Source: a bacterium
Lineage (GTDB): Bacteria > Bacillota_I > Bacilli_A > RF39 > UBA660
DNA length: 48,676 bases
NCBI GenBank assembly: GCA_030525085.1
Contig: JAUNFK010000005.1
Span: 1-48,676 of the forward strand
Direction: 5' to 3'
The position numbers and the translations under genes are program-made. Shown here one piece after another: positions 28,253-37,960 of the stretch (position 1 is its first letter; each line of letters starts with the position of its first letter). Below the pieces are notes generated by a model that was not told where the DNA came from, searched no databases, and worked only from the letters and a program-made list of their open reading frames with translations.

Positions 28253-29281
28253 TTATTTTTCCTTTTTAGCTACAGGAATAAGTGGAATATTATTCGCTTC
28301 TCTAACTTGATTTTCAATCTCAATAGCTAAATCTGGATTTTCCTTTAAGAAAATTTTAACATTCTCTCTACCTTGACCAATCTTTTCACCTTTATAACTA
28401 AACCAAGCACCACTTTTATCAATTACACCAATTTGACTAGCCAAATCAACTAACTCTCCAACATGGCTAACTCCCTCTCCATACATAATATCAACTGTAG
28501 CACTTTTAAATGGAGGAGCAACTTTATTTTTAACAACTTTAATATTAGTCTTATTACCAGCAACACTATCGCCGGCTTTAATTTGCTCACCACGTCTAAC
28601 ATCTAATCTAATTGTTGAATAAAACTTTAAAGCTCTACCACCTGGAGTAGTTTCTGGATTACCAAATAAAACTCCAACTTTTTCTCTTAACTGATTAATA
28701 AAAATAGCAGTAGTTTTAGTCTTAGATATTGTTCCAGATAATTTTCTTAAGGCTTGACTCATTAATCTAGCTTGTAAACCAACATGAGAATCTCCCATCT
28801 CACCTTCAATTTCAGCTTGTGGAACTAATGCTGCAACAGAATCTATTACAACAATATTAACAGCTTCACTCTTAACTAATGCATCACAAATTTCTAATGC
28901 TTGCTCGCCTGTATCAGGTTGACTTAATAATAATTCATCAATATTTACACCTAACTTCTTGGCATAAACAGGATCAAGTGCATGTTCAGCATCTATAAAT
29001 GCGGCAGTTCCACCAGCCTTTTGTACCTCAGCAATAGCATGAAGTGCAATTGTTGTTTTACCACTAGACTCAGGTCCATAAATTTCAATTATCCTTCCTT
29101 TTGGATATCCTCCAACCCCTAACGCAATATCTAAAGTAAGCGAACCTGTTGATGTAACATCAATATTTATATGTTCACTACTTCCAAGTTTCATAATAGC
29201 ACCCTTACCGAATTGCTTTTCGATATCAGCCATTACCTGTTCTAATGCTTTACTCTTTTCTTTTGTATCAATTGTTTTCAA
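28253..29281 (-). CDS. recA: Recombinase RecA
   Basis: [45 protein letters not shown]; TTG start. Confidence 0.99.
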   Translation of the reverse strand: MKTIDTKEKSKALEQVMADIEKQFGKGAIMKLGSSEHINIDVTSTGSLTLDIALGVGGYPKGRIIEIYGPESSGKTTIALHAIAEVQKAGGTAAFIDAEHALDPVYAKKLGVNIDELLLSQPDTGEQALEICDALVKSEAVNIVVIDSVAALVPQAEIEGEMGDSHVGLQARLMSQALRKLSGTISKTKTTAIFINQLREKVGVLFGNPETTPGGRALKFYSTIRLDVRRGEQIKAGDSVAGNKTNIKVVKNKVAPPFKSATVDIMYGEGVSHVGELVDLASQIGVIDKSGAWFSYKGEKIGQGRENVKIFLKENPDLAIEIENQVREANNIPLIPVAKKEK

Positions 29282-29313
29282 GTTATTTCACCTATTCTTT
29301 CTCTTACACACTA

Positions 29314-29365
29314 ATTGTATAATACCATATTTTATTTGTCAAGCATTTTTTCAAACAAATGTATG
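29314..29365 (-). promoter_or_regulatory. recA sigma-A promoter with an upstream SOS-box-like site
   Basis: TTGACA-N17-TACAAT; CATAC-N4-GTTTG (29352-29365) lies 9 nt upstream of the -35 and resembles the Bacillota LexA box CGAAC-N4-GTTCG. Confidence 0.65.
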
Positions 29366-29456
29366 ACAAATTTTAAAAATTACTAATCTTTAAAATTTGT
29401 CTAAATTTTTATTAGATAATGCCTTCATTCTAAGTCGGTGACAATGTGTCACCAAC

Positions 29457-30299
29457 TTAATCATCTTCCTTTTTATTATCTATTAATAAGCGCTTTCTTT
29501 CTTTTTCTAATTGTTTTAAAGATTTTTCTGGAGTTGGATAATCCTCTGGCATAGTGCCACCCATTTCTTTTATTGCTTTTCTAACAATTTTTCCAACATT
29601 ATAATGAGTAGTTGTCGCAACTTGCTCACTAGGCTCAATTTGTTTTTTTAATAAATCTTCTGTTTGAGAGATTCTAAATATATTAGCACCTAATTCAGCA
29701 CTTCCCATATTATCTAAAATATCTTGCCTATATCTAAGTTTCTTTCTTCTAGCAATATCATTAGCTGTCTCTCCATTATATAACCCCCTATATCCGGCAT
29801 TAGTAAATTTATCAAAATTTTTAACTCCAGCATTCTTAGCAGCAATATTTAATGAATAATTCCCTTTTCTTGTTATATTTCTTCTATAAAATCTTTTCTC
29901 ATCTTCACTTAATTTGTCATACTCTTCTTCAGTTAATTCCATTTTTCTGGTTTGAACTGCAAAATAAGTTTGGCCTAAAGCAATAGCTTTTTTTCTAGAG
30001 TCTCCATTTTGAACTATTAAATAGCATGCATACCTAGACAATTTATAATCTAACACGCTTCTTTTAGCTCCCTTTGCAAGGTTTATCATTTTCCCGACCT
30101 TGGGAAAATGATCCTCAACATTATAACCGCTATTTTCACATGATTTTTGTGCGTTATCAATAGCATTAGAAAATCTTTCCCATTTACTATATTCAAGTAA
30201 TGGCATTAATTCTCTAGCATACCAAAATTCATTTCCATTCTCATCTTTATGTTTTATTTTTTCAAAAACACTTTTATCATAATTTTTTAATTTATTTAT
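29457..30299 (-). CDS. dinD: DNA damage-inducible protein D (Bro-N-like N-terminus plus DinD domain)
   Basis: FEKIKH.DENGNEFWYAREL, LSRYACYLIVQNGD, AIALGQTYFAVQTR, GYRGLY, ILDNMGSAEL.ANIFR. Homology extends upstream of ORF-track 30206 to an ATA at 30299. Confidence 0.85.
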   Translation of the reverse strand: MNKLKNYDKSVFEKIKHKDENGNEFWYARELMPLLEYSKWERFSNAIDNAQKSCENSGYNVEDHFPKVGKMINLAKGAKRSVLDYKLSRYACYLIVQNGDSRKKAIALGQTYFAVQTRKMELTEEEYDKLSEDEKRFYRRNITRKGNYSLNIAAKNAGVKNFDKFTNAGYRGLYNGETANDIARRKKLRYRQDILDNMGSAELGANIFRISQTEDLLKKQIEPSEQVATTTHYNVGKIVRKAIKEMGGTMPEDYPTPEKSLKQLEKERKRLLIDNKKEDD

Positions 30300-30305
30300 A
30301 TATAA

Positions 30306-30561
30306 TCATCTCACCTTTCTTTTTATTAGTTTTGAACTCTGTATTATTAAATAACAAGCATATCTTGATAATTTATATTCTAATATATTTTTTACTCCAT
30401 CATTAGGCATTTTAGATGTTTTACCAACTTGGGTAAAATGTTCATCAATCATGAATTTACTTCGCTTGCAAGTTAACTTTGCGTTTTTTATATTCCAGAA
30501 CTTGTTGTAATTCTCTAGCATACCAAAATTCATTACCATATTCTGCTACATGTTTTATCAT
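30306..30561 (-). pseudogene. Frameshifted, truncated dinD paralog
   Basis: IKHVAEYGNEFWYARELQQVLEYK in one frame, then EHFTQVGK...YKLSRYACYLIIQ in another; C-terminal domain absent. Confidence 0.8.
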
Positions 30562-30578
30562 TTACATACAATCAAATT

Positions 30579-30798
30579 TCATATGCACGGCATTTTACCA
30601 TCTAATGACTTTAATTTTAACCGTCCGATTTTTTCGGGCACTACATTTTCTTCCAGTTTCAATCTGTATCTTAAAACTTTCCAATAATTTCTTAGATTAT
30701 CACTTTCTAATAAGACCCAACTAAAAGTATTTTTCTTGACTCGCACCCCATACAATTCTAAATGTTTTACTAATTATGTCCAAGCCTATAAAGGCCAT
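30579..30798 (-). pseudogene. Frameshifted Bro-N/phage antirepressor-like fragment
   Basis: FRIVWGASQEKYF* followed, in another frame, by VLLESDNLRNYWKVLRYRLKLEENVVPEKIGRLKLKSLDGKM. Confidence 0.65.
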
Positions 30799-30861
30799 TT
30801 CACTAACCTAAATCATCCCATTATCTGAAGTCATGCTCTCACTCCTAAGCAAGACACCTAA

Positions 30862-30913
30862 ATTGTAACCTTCAAAATTATACTTGTCAAGCATTTTTGC
30901 AAACACTTGTACG
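30862..30913 (-). promoter_or_regulatory. Second copy of the recA-type promoter with SOS-box-like site
   Basis: TTGACA-N17-TACAAT; CGTAC-N4-GTTTG (30900-30913) lies 9 nt upstream of the -35. Confidence 0.65.
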
Positions 30914-30960
30914 CAGATTTTTAATATCTGAAATTCTAAAAATTTGCATACAAAAAGAGC

Positions 30961-31578
30961 CTAATTTCTTAAACTCTCTATCGCCTTTTCGTAATCTTGG
31001 CTCTCACATACATAAGACCCACTAACCACCATATCAGCACCAATAGTTAAATCAATAGTATCTTTATTTACTCCTCCGTCAACCTCAATTAAGAAATCAC
31101 TATAATTATTTAATTCCTTTATTTTATCACTTGACTCAGGTATAAATTTTTGACCACCTTTTCCTGGATAAACACTCATAACAAGTACTGTATCAACTAA
31201 ATCTAAATACTTTTCAATTTGCTCAACTGGTGTATCAGGATTAATTGCTAGTCCAGCTTTAATTCCATAACTATGTATTTTGTTAATCGTCTCATAAATA
31301 TCCTCATCTGCTTCAGCATGAAAAATAATTTGTTTAGTATTTAAAGACGCATAATCTTTAATATAATCAAGTGGATGCCTAACCATTAAATGCACATCTA
31401 AAAGTTTATTAATACCCTCCATAAACGCTTTTATATCACTAAAATCATAATTCTTAGTGCTAACAAACTCTCCATCCATAATATCAACATGAATATAATC
31501 AGCACTTGTACTATCAATTAACTCGATTGTTTTCTTTTCATCATATAAACTTTTTATAAACGAAACTGCTACTTTCAT
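30961..31578 (-). CDS. rpe: Ribulose-phosphate 3-epimerase
   Basis: IHVDIMDGEFV, DVHLMV, MSVYPGKGGQ, EVDGG. Confidence 0.95.
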   Translation of the reverse strand: MKVAVSFIKSLYDEKKTIELIDSTSADYIHVDIMDGEFVSTKNYDFSDIKAFMEGINKLLDVHLMVRHPLDYIKDYASLNTKQIIFHAEADEDIYETINKIHSYGIKAGLAINPDTPVEQIEKYLDLVDTVLVMSVYPGKGGQKFIPESSDKIKELNNYSDFLIEVDGGVNKDTIDLTIGADMVVSGSYVCESQDYEKAIESLRN

Positions 31579-32399
31579 TTCTCCCCCATAAACTTTTTAT
31601 AATCATCATATCTACTTTTAAGTATCTTACCAGCATTTACATAATCTTTAACCATACAGTTCTTCTCATTCATATGCTTGCAATCTTTAAACTCACAATT
31701 TAAATCAAACTCTACAAATGTATTCTTTAATTCATCTTTAGGTATATGCGAAATATCTAAAGCACTAAAACCAGGAGTATCAGCAATTAAACTATTTTTA
31801 TATTTAAATAACTCAGCATGTCTAGTAGTATGCTTACCTCTTCCTAACGCTTCACTTATTTCATCTGTCTTCAAATTAAGATTTGGATTAAGTCTATTTA
31901 AAAGTGTACTCTTACCAGCACCAGTTTGGCCAGTAAGAACAACTATCTTGCCATCCAGTAATTTAGTAATTTTATTAAGTTTATTGTTAACTGTGCACTT
32001 TATACCAATCTTATTATAATATTTTATAATCTTTCTAAGTGCCATCTTTTCTTTAAAAGTAAGTAAATCAGTTTTACTAAAACATATAATTGGTTCTATT
32101 CCCTTATATGTTATATTACTAATCATCTTGTCTAATAAACTCAAAGAAAGCTCTGGCTTCTTAACACTCGTAACAATTAATGCAGCATCTACATTACTAA
32201 TAGATGGCCTATCTAAATAATTCTTACGCTCTTTTATATCTAAAATATAATTATTAACTTCATCAATTACCACATGATCACCAACCAAAGGAGAAATATT
32301 TGTGTGATAAAACTTTCCCCTAGGTTTACAATCATATAAAGTGCCCCCACAATCAACAGTACATAAATTACTAATTATTCTAACAATTATGCCTTCCAT
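31575..32399 (-). CDS. rsgA: Ribosome small subunit-dependent GTPase A
   Basis: GQTGAGKS, GRGKHTTR, DTPGF, C-terminal CxFxDCxHxxExxC. Start is ATG 32399. Confidence 0.95.
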   Translation of the reverse strand: MEGIIVRIISNLCTVDCGGTLYDCKPRGKFYHTNISPLVGDHVVIDEVNNYILDIKERKNYLDRPSISNVDAALIVTSVKKPELSLSLLDKMISNITYKGIEPIICFSKTDLLTFKEKMALRKIIKYYNKIGIKCTVNNKLNKITKLLDGKIVVLTGQTGAGKSTLLNRLNPNLNLKTDEISEALGRGKHTTRHAELFKYKNSLIADTPGFSALDISHIPKDELKNTFVEFDLNCEFKDCKHMNEKNCMVKDYVNAGKILKSRYDDYKKFMGEK

Positions 32400-32400
32400 A

Positions 32401-34122
32401 CTAATCTGTAGCATCCTCAGGTGTATCAGCAATAACTATCTTTAAAGTCATATTACTAATAATAGATGAACCTGCTATTCTAGACTGACTAATAATAGCG
32501 CCTTGCTCATATTCATCAGTCATCTTATATTCAACCTCAAGTTTCAATTTATACTTATCACAGAATGCTTGAATATCACTTAAACTATAATTACCTTTAG
32601 TAAAATCAGGATAACTATCAGTAATATCAGGTACATATAAAGTTATAGTATCTCCCTCTTTAACCTCTGTACCAGCTGCTGGTTCCTGTCTAATTATTTC
32701 ATCTTTTTCATAATTAGAATCATTGCTAACCTCTTCAGTCTTCTGAATTACAAACAACTTATTAATCTGTTCTAATATTGTTTTAACTTCAATATAATTC
32801 TTACCAGTATAATCTTCTAAAGTAATAGTTCCAGCTCCACTTGATTCATATATAACAATCTCTGAGCCTTCCTTAACTGTTCTTCCCTTATTAGGGCTAG
32901 TTTTAACCACTTTACCTTTTTCAATAGTATCACTAGTAATTGTTTTATTTTCTGCACTTATCTTAAGCCCCATCTTAGTAAGAGTATCAACAGCTTCATC
33001 TATAGTCATATTTGAAACATCAGGAACAACTAAATCCTTAGAAGATGTTAATTTAGGAAGTAACACAACTACACTAGTCGTAATAATCGCAAGCGCTGCA
33101 AATACAAAACCTAACACAATAAGAACTTTATTTTCTTTCTTATGATAATCTTTTTCAGTTATCTTCTTCACATCGACTTCTTCTTTCTTAGCCTTAACTT
33201 TTTCTGGCTTTTCCTGTTTCTTTACTTCACTAACCTGTTTCTTATCCTTTTCATCAAGTTCAGGATAATTATAAACATACTTTGGTTCATCTGCTCTGCT
33301 CTTACTTAAACATGTCTTTAAATCTTCATGCATCTCTCTGGCATCAGCATATCTATTTTTAGGATTCTTAGCACAAGCCTTTAAAATAATATTTTCAACA
33401 GGCTGAGGAACATTTGGTAGTTCTTCTCTAATACTAGGTAAAGGATCCTTTAAATGCTTTAAAGCTATCTCAACAGCATTATCACCCTTATATGGAAGCG
33501 TACCAGTCAGTAACTCATAAAACAAAATACCCATTGAATACACATCACTCTGAATAGTGCATCCTTTACCACTAGCTTGCTCTGGAGGTATATAATGAAC
33601 ACTACCCATAACACTATTAGTCTGTGTAAGCTGAGTACTATTAAGTGCCATTGCTATACCAAAATCCGTAATCTTAACAAGACCATTTTCTAAAATCATG
33701 ATATTCTGTGGTTTAATATCTCTATGAATTATATATGAATCATGTGCACAAGCCATACCATCAGTAACTTGAAGCATAATATCAACTGCTTCTTCTAAAG
33801 TGAGTTTACCTCTTCTTTTAAGAAGCTGTTTTAAATGCTTACCCTCAATATACTCCATGACAATATAATAAATACCATCATCTTCACCCACATCATAAAC
33901 TTCAACTATATTAGGATGAGATAATGAACTCGCACTTAAAGCCTCTCTTTGAAAACGTCTAACAAACTTCTCATCATTTGCTAAATCTCCTCTTAAAACC
34001 TTAACTGCAACATTACGTTCTAAAATAGTATCAAACGCTAAATACACATTAGCCATTCCACCTTCACCAATAGACTTAATTATTTGGTAACGGTCATTTA
34101 TTTTTTGCCCCTTTTGTATCAT
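32401..34122 (-). CDS. prkC: PASTA-domain Ser/Thr kinase (PrkC/Stk1)
   Basis: GEGGMA, HRDIKPQN, DFG, GSVHY; TM followed by PASTA repeats. Confidence 0.95.
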   Translation of the reverse strand: MIQKGQKINDRYQIIKSIGEGGMANVYLAFDTILERNVAVKVLRGDLANDEKFVRRFQREALSASSLSHPNIVEVYDVGEDDGIYYIVMEYIEGKHLKQLLKRRGKLTLEEAVDIMLQVTDGMACAHDSYIIHRDIKPQNIMILENGLVKITDFGIAMALNSTQLTQTNSVMGSVHYIPPEQASGKGCTIQSDVYSMGILFYELLTGTLPYKGDNAVEIALKHLKDPLPSIREELPNVPQPVENIILKACAKNPKNRYADAREMHEDLKTCLSKSRADEPKYVYNYPELDEKDKKQVSEVKKQEKPEKVKAKKEEVDVKKITEKDYHKKENKVLIVLGFVFAALAIITTSVVVLLPKLTSSKDLVVPDVSNMTIDEAVDTLTKMGLKISAENKTITSDTIEKGKVVKTSPNKGRTVKEGSEIVIYESSGAGTITLEDYTGKNYIEVKTILEQINKLFVIQKTEEVSNDSNYEKDEIIRQEPAAGTEVKEGDTITLYVPDITDSYPDFTKGNYSLSDIQAFCDKYKLKLEVEYKMTDEYEQGAIISQSRIAGSSIISNMTLKIVIADTPEDATD

Positions 34123-34862
34123 TCTATACCACCTTCTTTAACAAGATACGCTACTGTTATATTATCTGTTCCCCCTCTAGCATTACATTTCTTAATTAAC
34201 TTAATAAGTTTTCCCTCCTCATTAAGTTCCTCATCTATTAAAACCTTCTCAATCTGATCTTTAGTTAGCATATTAGTAAGACCATCACTACATAAAAGTA
34301 CAGCATCAACATTTGGATCAACATCAAATATATCAAGTTCTTGCTTTTCAGCAGCTCCGAGTGCTCTCATTAGCACGTTTTTCTTAGGATGATTAGCGGC
34401 TTCTTCAGCACTTAACTCACCGGATTCAACTAGTAAATTAACAAGTGTATGATCTTTAGTTATCTTATGAAGTTTACTATTCTTAAGTACAAACCCACTA
34501 GAATCGCCAATATTAGCAAATATCAAAAATTCTTTAGTAAGTAAGGCCATAACAACTGTAGTTCCTAAACCTGTTGCTTCTGGATTTTCCTCAGCATACT
34601 TAATTATATTAGTATTAATCTCACCTATATTTTCATTAAGCCAGCTAGCAGCATCTAATTTACTACCAATAGTAGAAAGCTCACTAAATCTAGAACCCAT
34701 ATGAGTAACTACCATTGAACTAGCTATCTCACCAGCTCTGTGTCCACCCATACCATCAGCTACGATCATTAAATGCTCACCTGATGCATTTTTAACTATT
34801 GTAACAGAGTCTTCATTATGACTTCTAACTCTTCCTGTATCTGTTAAATAAAATGATTTCAT
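34119..34862 (-). CDS. prpC: PP2C phosphatase (PrpC/Stp1)
   Basis: RSHNED, VADGMGGH, NIGDS, CSDGL, GGTDN. Confidence 0.95.
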   Translation of the reverse strand: MKSFYLTDTGRVRSHNEDSVTIVKNASGEHLMIVADGMGGHRAGEIASSMVVTHMGSRFSELSTIGSKLDAASWLNENIGEINTNIIKYAEENPEATGLGTTVVMALLTKEFLIFANIGDSSGFVLKNSKLHKITKDHTLVNLLVESGELSAEEAANHPKKNVLMRALGAAEKQELDIFDVDPNVDAVLLCSDGLTNMLTKDQIEKVLIDEELNEEGKLIKLIKKCNARGGTDNITVAYLVKEGGIE

Positions 34863-35875
34863 TTTTCCACCTCTTTAGCTCGTAACTGCCCACATGCTGC
34901 ATCTATATTAGAACCAAACTCACGTCTTACAGTTACATTAATTTTATACTTCTTTAAAGTATCATAAAAAGAGTTTATTTTATTGCTTCTTTTAAAATCC
35001 AAATGACTAGTCTCATTATAAGGAATAAGGTTAACATACACATTCATTCCCCTAAGTAAATTAGCAAGATTTCTTGCATCATCTAAACTATCATTTACAT
35101 TATTAAGCATAACATATTCTATAGTAACTCGTCTATTAGTTTTTGCAATATACTCCTTTAAGGTGTTAACTAAATCGTCAAGTGGATAAGCATTATTTAT
35201 TGGCATAATCTTACTTCTAAGCTCATTTGTTGGTGCATGCAAACTAATCGCTAAATTAACCTGCAAATCAAGATTCATAAACTCCTTTATCTTAGGAATA
35301 ATTCCACATGTACTAACTGTTATGTGTCTAGCCCCAATTGCTAAACCAAACGGATTATTAACAATCTTTATAAAATTAATAATATTATCATAATTATCAA
35401 ATGGTTCCCCTATTCCCATTATAACAATACTGCTTATTCTCTCATTTATGTCCTCACTAATAAGTAATATCTGCTCTATTATCTCAAATGCTTCTAAATT
35501 ACGTACCTTTTTAAGTCTACCACTCTCACAAAAAGCGCACCCCATATTACATCCAACTTGACTAGAAACGCATACACTAAGTCCATAATCATGTTTCATT
35601 AAAACAGCTTCAATAAAGTTTCCATCATTAAGCTTAAATAAATATTTATTAGTGCTCTCACTTCTTTGAGCAGTCACTATTTTTATATAATCAAAACTAA
35701 AATTATCCTTAAGTTTAGAAATAAGATCACCGCTTAAATTTCTCATCTCATCAAAACTCTTAACTTTTTTTTCATAAAGCCACTGCCATATTTGACGCGT
35801 TCTAAACTTTTTCTCACCCAAAGATATAAGTTTCTCTTCTAAATTTTCATAAGTAAAATTATATATATTTGGCAT
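34859..35875 (-). CDS. rlmN: 23S rRNA m2A2503 radical-SAM methyltransferase
   Basis: CVSSQVGCNMGCAFC, MGIGEP, DAACGQL. Confidence 0.96.
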   Translation of the reverse strand: MPNIYNFTYENLEEKLISLGEKKFRTRQIWQWLYEKKVKSFDEMRNLSGDLISKLKDNFSFDYIKIVTAQRSESTNKYLFKLNDGNFIEAVLMKHDYGLSVCVSSQVGCNMGCAFCESGRLKKVRNLEAFEIIEQILLISEDINERISSIVIMGIGEPFDNYDNIINFIKIVNNPFGLAIGARHITVSTCGIIPKIKEFMNLDLQVNLAISLHAPTNELRSKIMPINNAYPLDDLVNTLKEYIAKTNRRVTIEYVMLNNVNDSLDDARNLANLLRGMNVYVNLIPYNETSHLDFKRSNKINSFYDTLKKYKINVTVRREFGSNIDAACGQLRAKEVEK

Positions 35876-35910
35876 AATCCACCCCAACTTAATTATAAAG
35901 CAAAAAAGAC

Positions 35911-37152
35911 TTATTTTAAAGTCTTTTTAACTAACCTTTTACTCTCAGAATTAATTCTTTCTAAGTCATTATAACTTTCCTTATCACTAGGTAATTTCTT
36001 ATCTAATAGCTTATTTTGAACTAAATTATCAAAGTATCCATAAACAAGAGCAAACACTGGAACAGCCACAAGCATACCAACTATTCCAAAAGCATTACCA
36101 AATAATAGTATTGATGCTAAAACCCAGAAACTCTTTAATCCAGTTCTAGAACCACAAAGCCTTGGCTCAATTAAATAACTATCAACCTGCTGAAGAGCAA
36201 TAATAAATAATATAAATATTAAACACTTAGTAGGACTATCCATCAAAATAAGAAGTGCACTAGGAATAGTACCAATATATGGTCCAAAATAAGGAATCAT
36301 ATTAGTAAGACCTATAATAACACCAATTAATAATGAATAAGGATAACCAAAAATCGTTAAAAATATAAATGTAATGAAACCTACACTAAAACCATCTAAT
36401 AACTTACCAATAATAAAATTACCAAATATATAATCAGTGTGTCTTGCATTATCTAAAATCTTATTAACTGTCTTTGTTGGAAGCATCGCATAAAGCATTC
36501 TCTTAAACCCACTAACAAAGCCTTTCTTATCAAGTAAATAATAAATCGAAATAACAAACCCCATAACTATATTAAAGATAACTTTAACAGCGCCAAATAC
36601 ACCATCAGAAAGTGCTATTAACCAAGTTTCTACCTTAGGTAAAAGTTTAGTATTAAGCATTGTTGTCAAATAGTTATTAATCGCATCATAATTATTTAAA
36701 ACAACCTTCTGAATCTCTTTATGATCTTCTAATTTACCAACTAAATAATTCTTAGCTTCAGTAATATATCCTGGCATATTTACCGCAATTGTCTCTATAC
36801 TCTTAAGAAGTTCTGGTAAAATGAAACTAAATAACAAAACAATTAATCCAAGCATTAACACAACAGTAAGTGTAATACTAAGCCCATTACTTACTTTATA
36901 ACTCTTATCATCTTTTTTCTTAAATAATCTAATAAATACCCTATCTCTAAAAAAATTAACGATTGGATTTAATAAATAAGCAAATATAAAACCAATAATA
37001 AATGGTGTAAAAAAACCAACAAAAGTCTTTAAATACCCATAAAGCATTCCTATCTTATAAATTAAAAAATAAAATACAATCGCGCAAGCAATAACCAAAA
37101 ATGCTGTAAGTCCAATTTGAAAATATTTATTTTCTTCTAGTTTTCTTTTCAT
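35911..37152 (-). CDS. AI-2E family transporter
   Basis: AYLLNP, NMIPYFGPYIG, LQQVD..IEP, GMLVAVP. Confidence 0.9.
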   Translation of the reverse strand: MKRKLEENKYFQIGLTAFLVIACAIVFYFLIYKIGMLYGYLKTFVGFFTPFIIGFIFAYLLNPIVNFFRDRVFIRLFKKKDDKSYKVSNGLSITLTVVLMLGLIVLLFSFILPELLKSIETIAVNMPGYITEAKNYLVGKLEDHKEIQKVVLNNYDAINNYLTTMLNTKLLPKVETWLIALSDGVFGAVKVIFNIVMGFVISIYYLLDKKGFVSGFKRMLYAMLPTKTVNKILDNARHTDYIFGNFIIGKLLDGFSVGFITFIFLTIFGYPYSLLIGVIIGLTNMIPYFGPYIGTIPSALLILMDSPTKCLIFILFIIALQQVDSYLIEPRLCGSRTGLKSFWVLASILLFGNAFGIVGMLVAVPVFALVYGYFDNLVQNKLLDKKLPSDKESYNDLERINSESKRLVKKTLK

Positions 37153-37891
37153 TTTTCTTCTCCTCTCCTAATCTTTGAAGTAGCGGTACCCCCCTAGTAT
37201 CATTATAATAATCAGTATCAAATAATGCAAAAATCAAATCATCTTTATTCTTAAGTTTAAATTCCTTAGCATTTAACCCATTCTCTTTAGCTTTCTTAAT
37301 TTCATTCTTATTTCTCGAACGATAATCAGCAGCAACCATAATATCTGCACCAGCAGTAATACTAGCAAGAATCGCCATAATATTATCTTTATTATCTATA
37401 ATATTATTAAACACATCAATCATATATAAACCATTTCTAGTCGTATCATTAAATAAAGTAATTATTGACTCACTATAAATCGTACAAAAACCAACTACTA
37501 TCGCAATACCAAAAAGCCACGTCTTGAACTTACCTAAAAAAGAACTTTCAGTAGAACTTCCTCTAGCAGCACCATTAGTATTAATCAAACAAATAATTGT
37601 CTCAGTAATAATTGGTAAAAACATTATCGGATAACTAAATGCGAGTACAGCAAGTGTTGCAATTCCTAAAAGTTTATCTGCAATCGCATCCAATAACGCT
37701 CCAAATATCGTACAAGCATTAAGCCTTCTAGCCATAATTCCATCAATACTATCAGTAAGAAGTAAAATAATAATATAAAAAATTAACTCTCCTGGACTTA
37801 AAAGCAAACTTATAAAAGGCATTAATAAAGTGCCTATTACTCTAGTCATAGTAATAGAATTAACAAATATCTTAGCACCCTTATTCTTCAT
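37127..37891 (-). CDS. CDP-alcohol phosphatidyltransferase family protein
   Basis: TDSIDGIMARR...GALLDAIADK matches the DG(x2)AR(x8)G(x3)D(x3)D signature. Confidence 0.9.
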   Translation of the reverse strand: MKNKGAKIFVNSITMTRVIGTLLMPFISLLLSPGELIFYIIILLLTDSIDGIMARRLNACTIFGALLDAIADKLLGIATLAVLAFSYPIMFLPIITETIICLINTNGAARGSSTESSFLGKFKTWLFGIAIVVGFCTIYSESIITLFNDTTRNGLYMIDVFNNIIDNKDNIMAILASITAGADIMVAADYRSRNKNEIKKAKENGLNAKEFKLKNKDDLIFALFDTDYYNDTRGVPLLQRLGEEKKNEKKTRRK

Positions 37892-37923
37892 AATTCATCA
37901 CACTACTATTGTACTAAAATAAT

Positions 37924-37950
37924 AAAAAAAAGTCTATATTAAATAGACTT
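37924..37950 (-). terminator. Terminator of paralog C
   Basis: AAGTCTAT/ATAGACTT hairpin plus a U tract. Confidence 0.6.
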
Positions 37951-37960
37951 AATACCAAAG

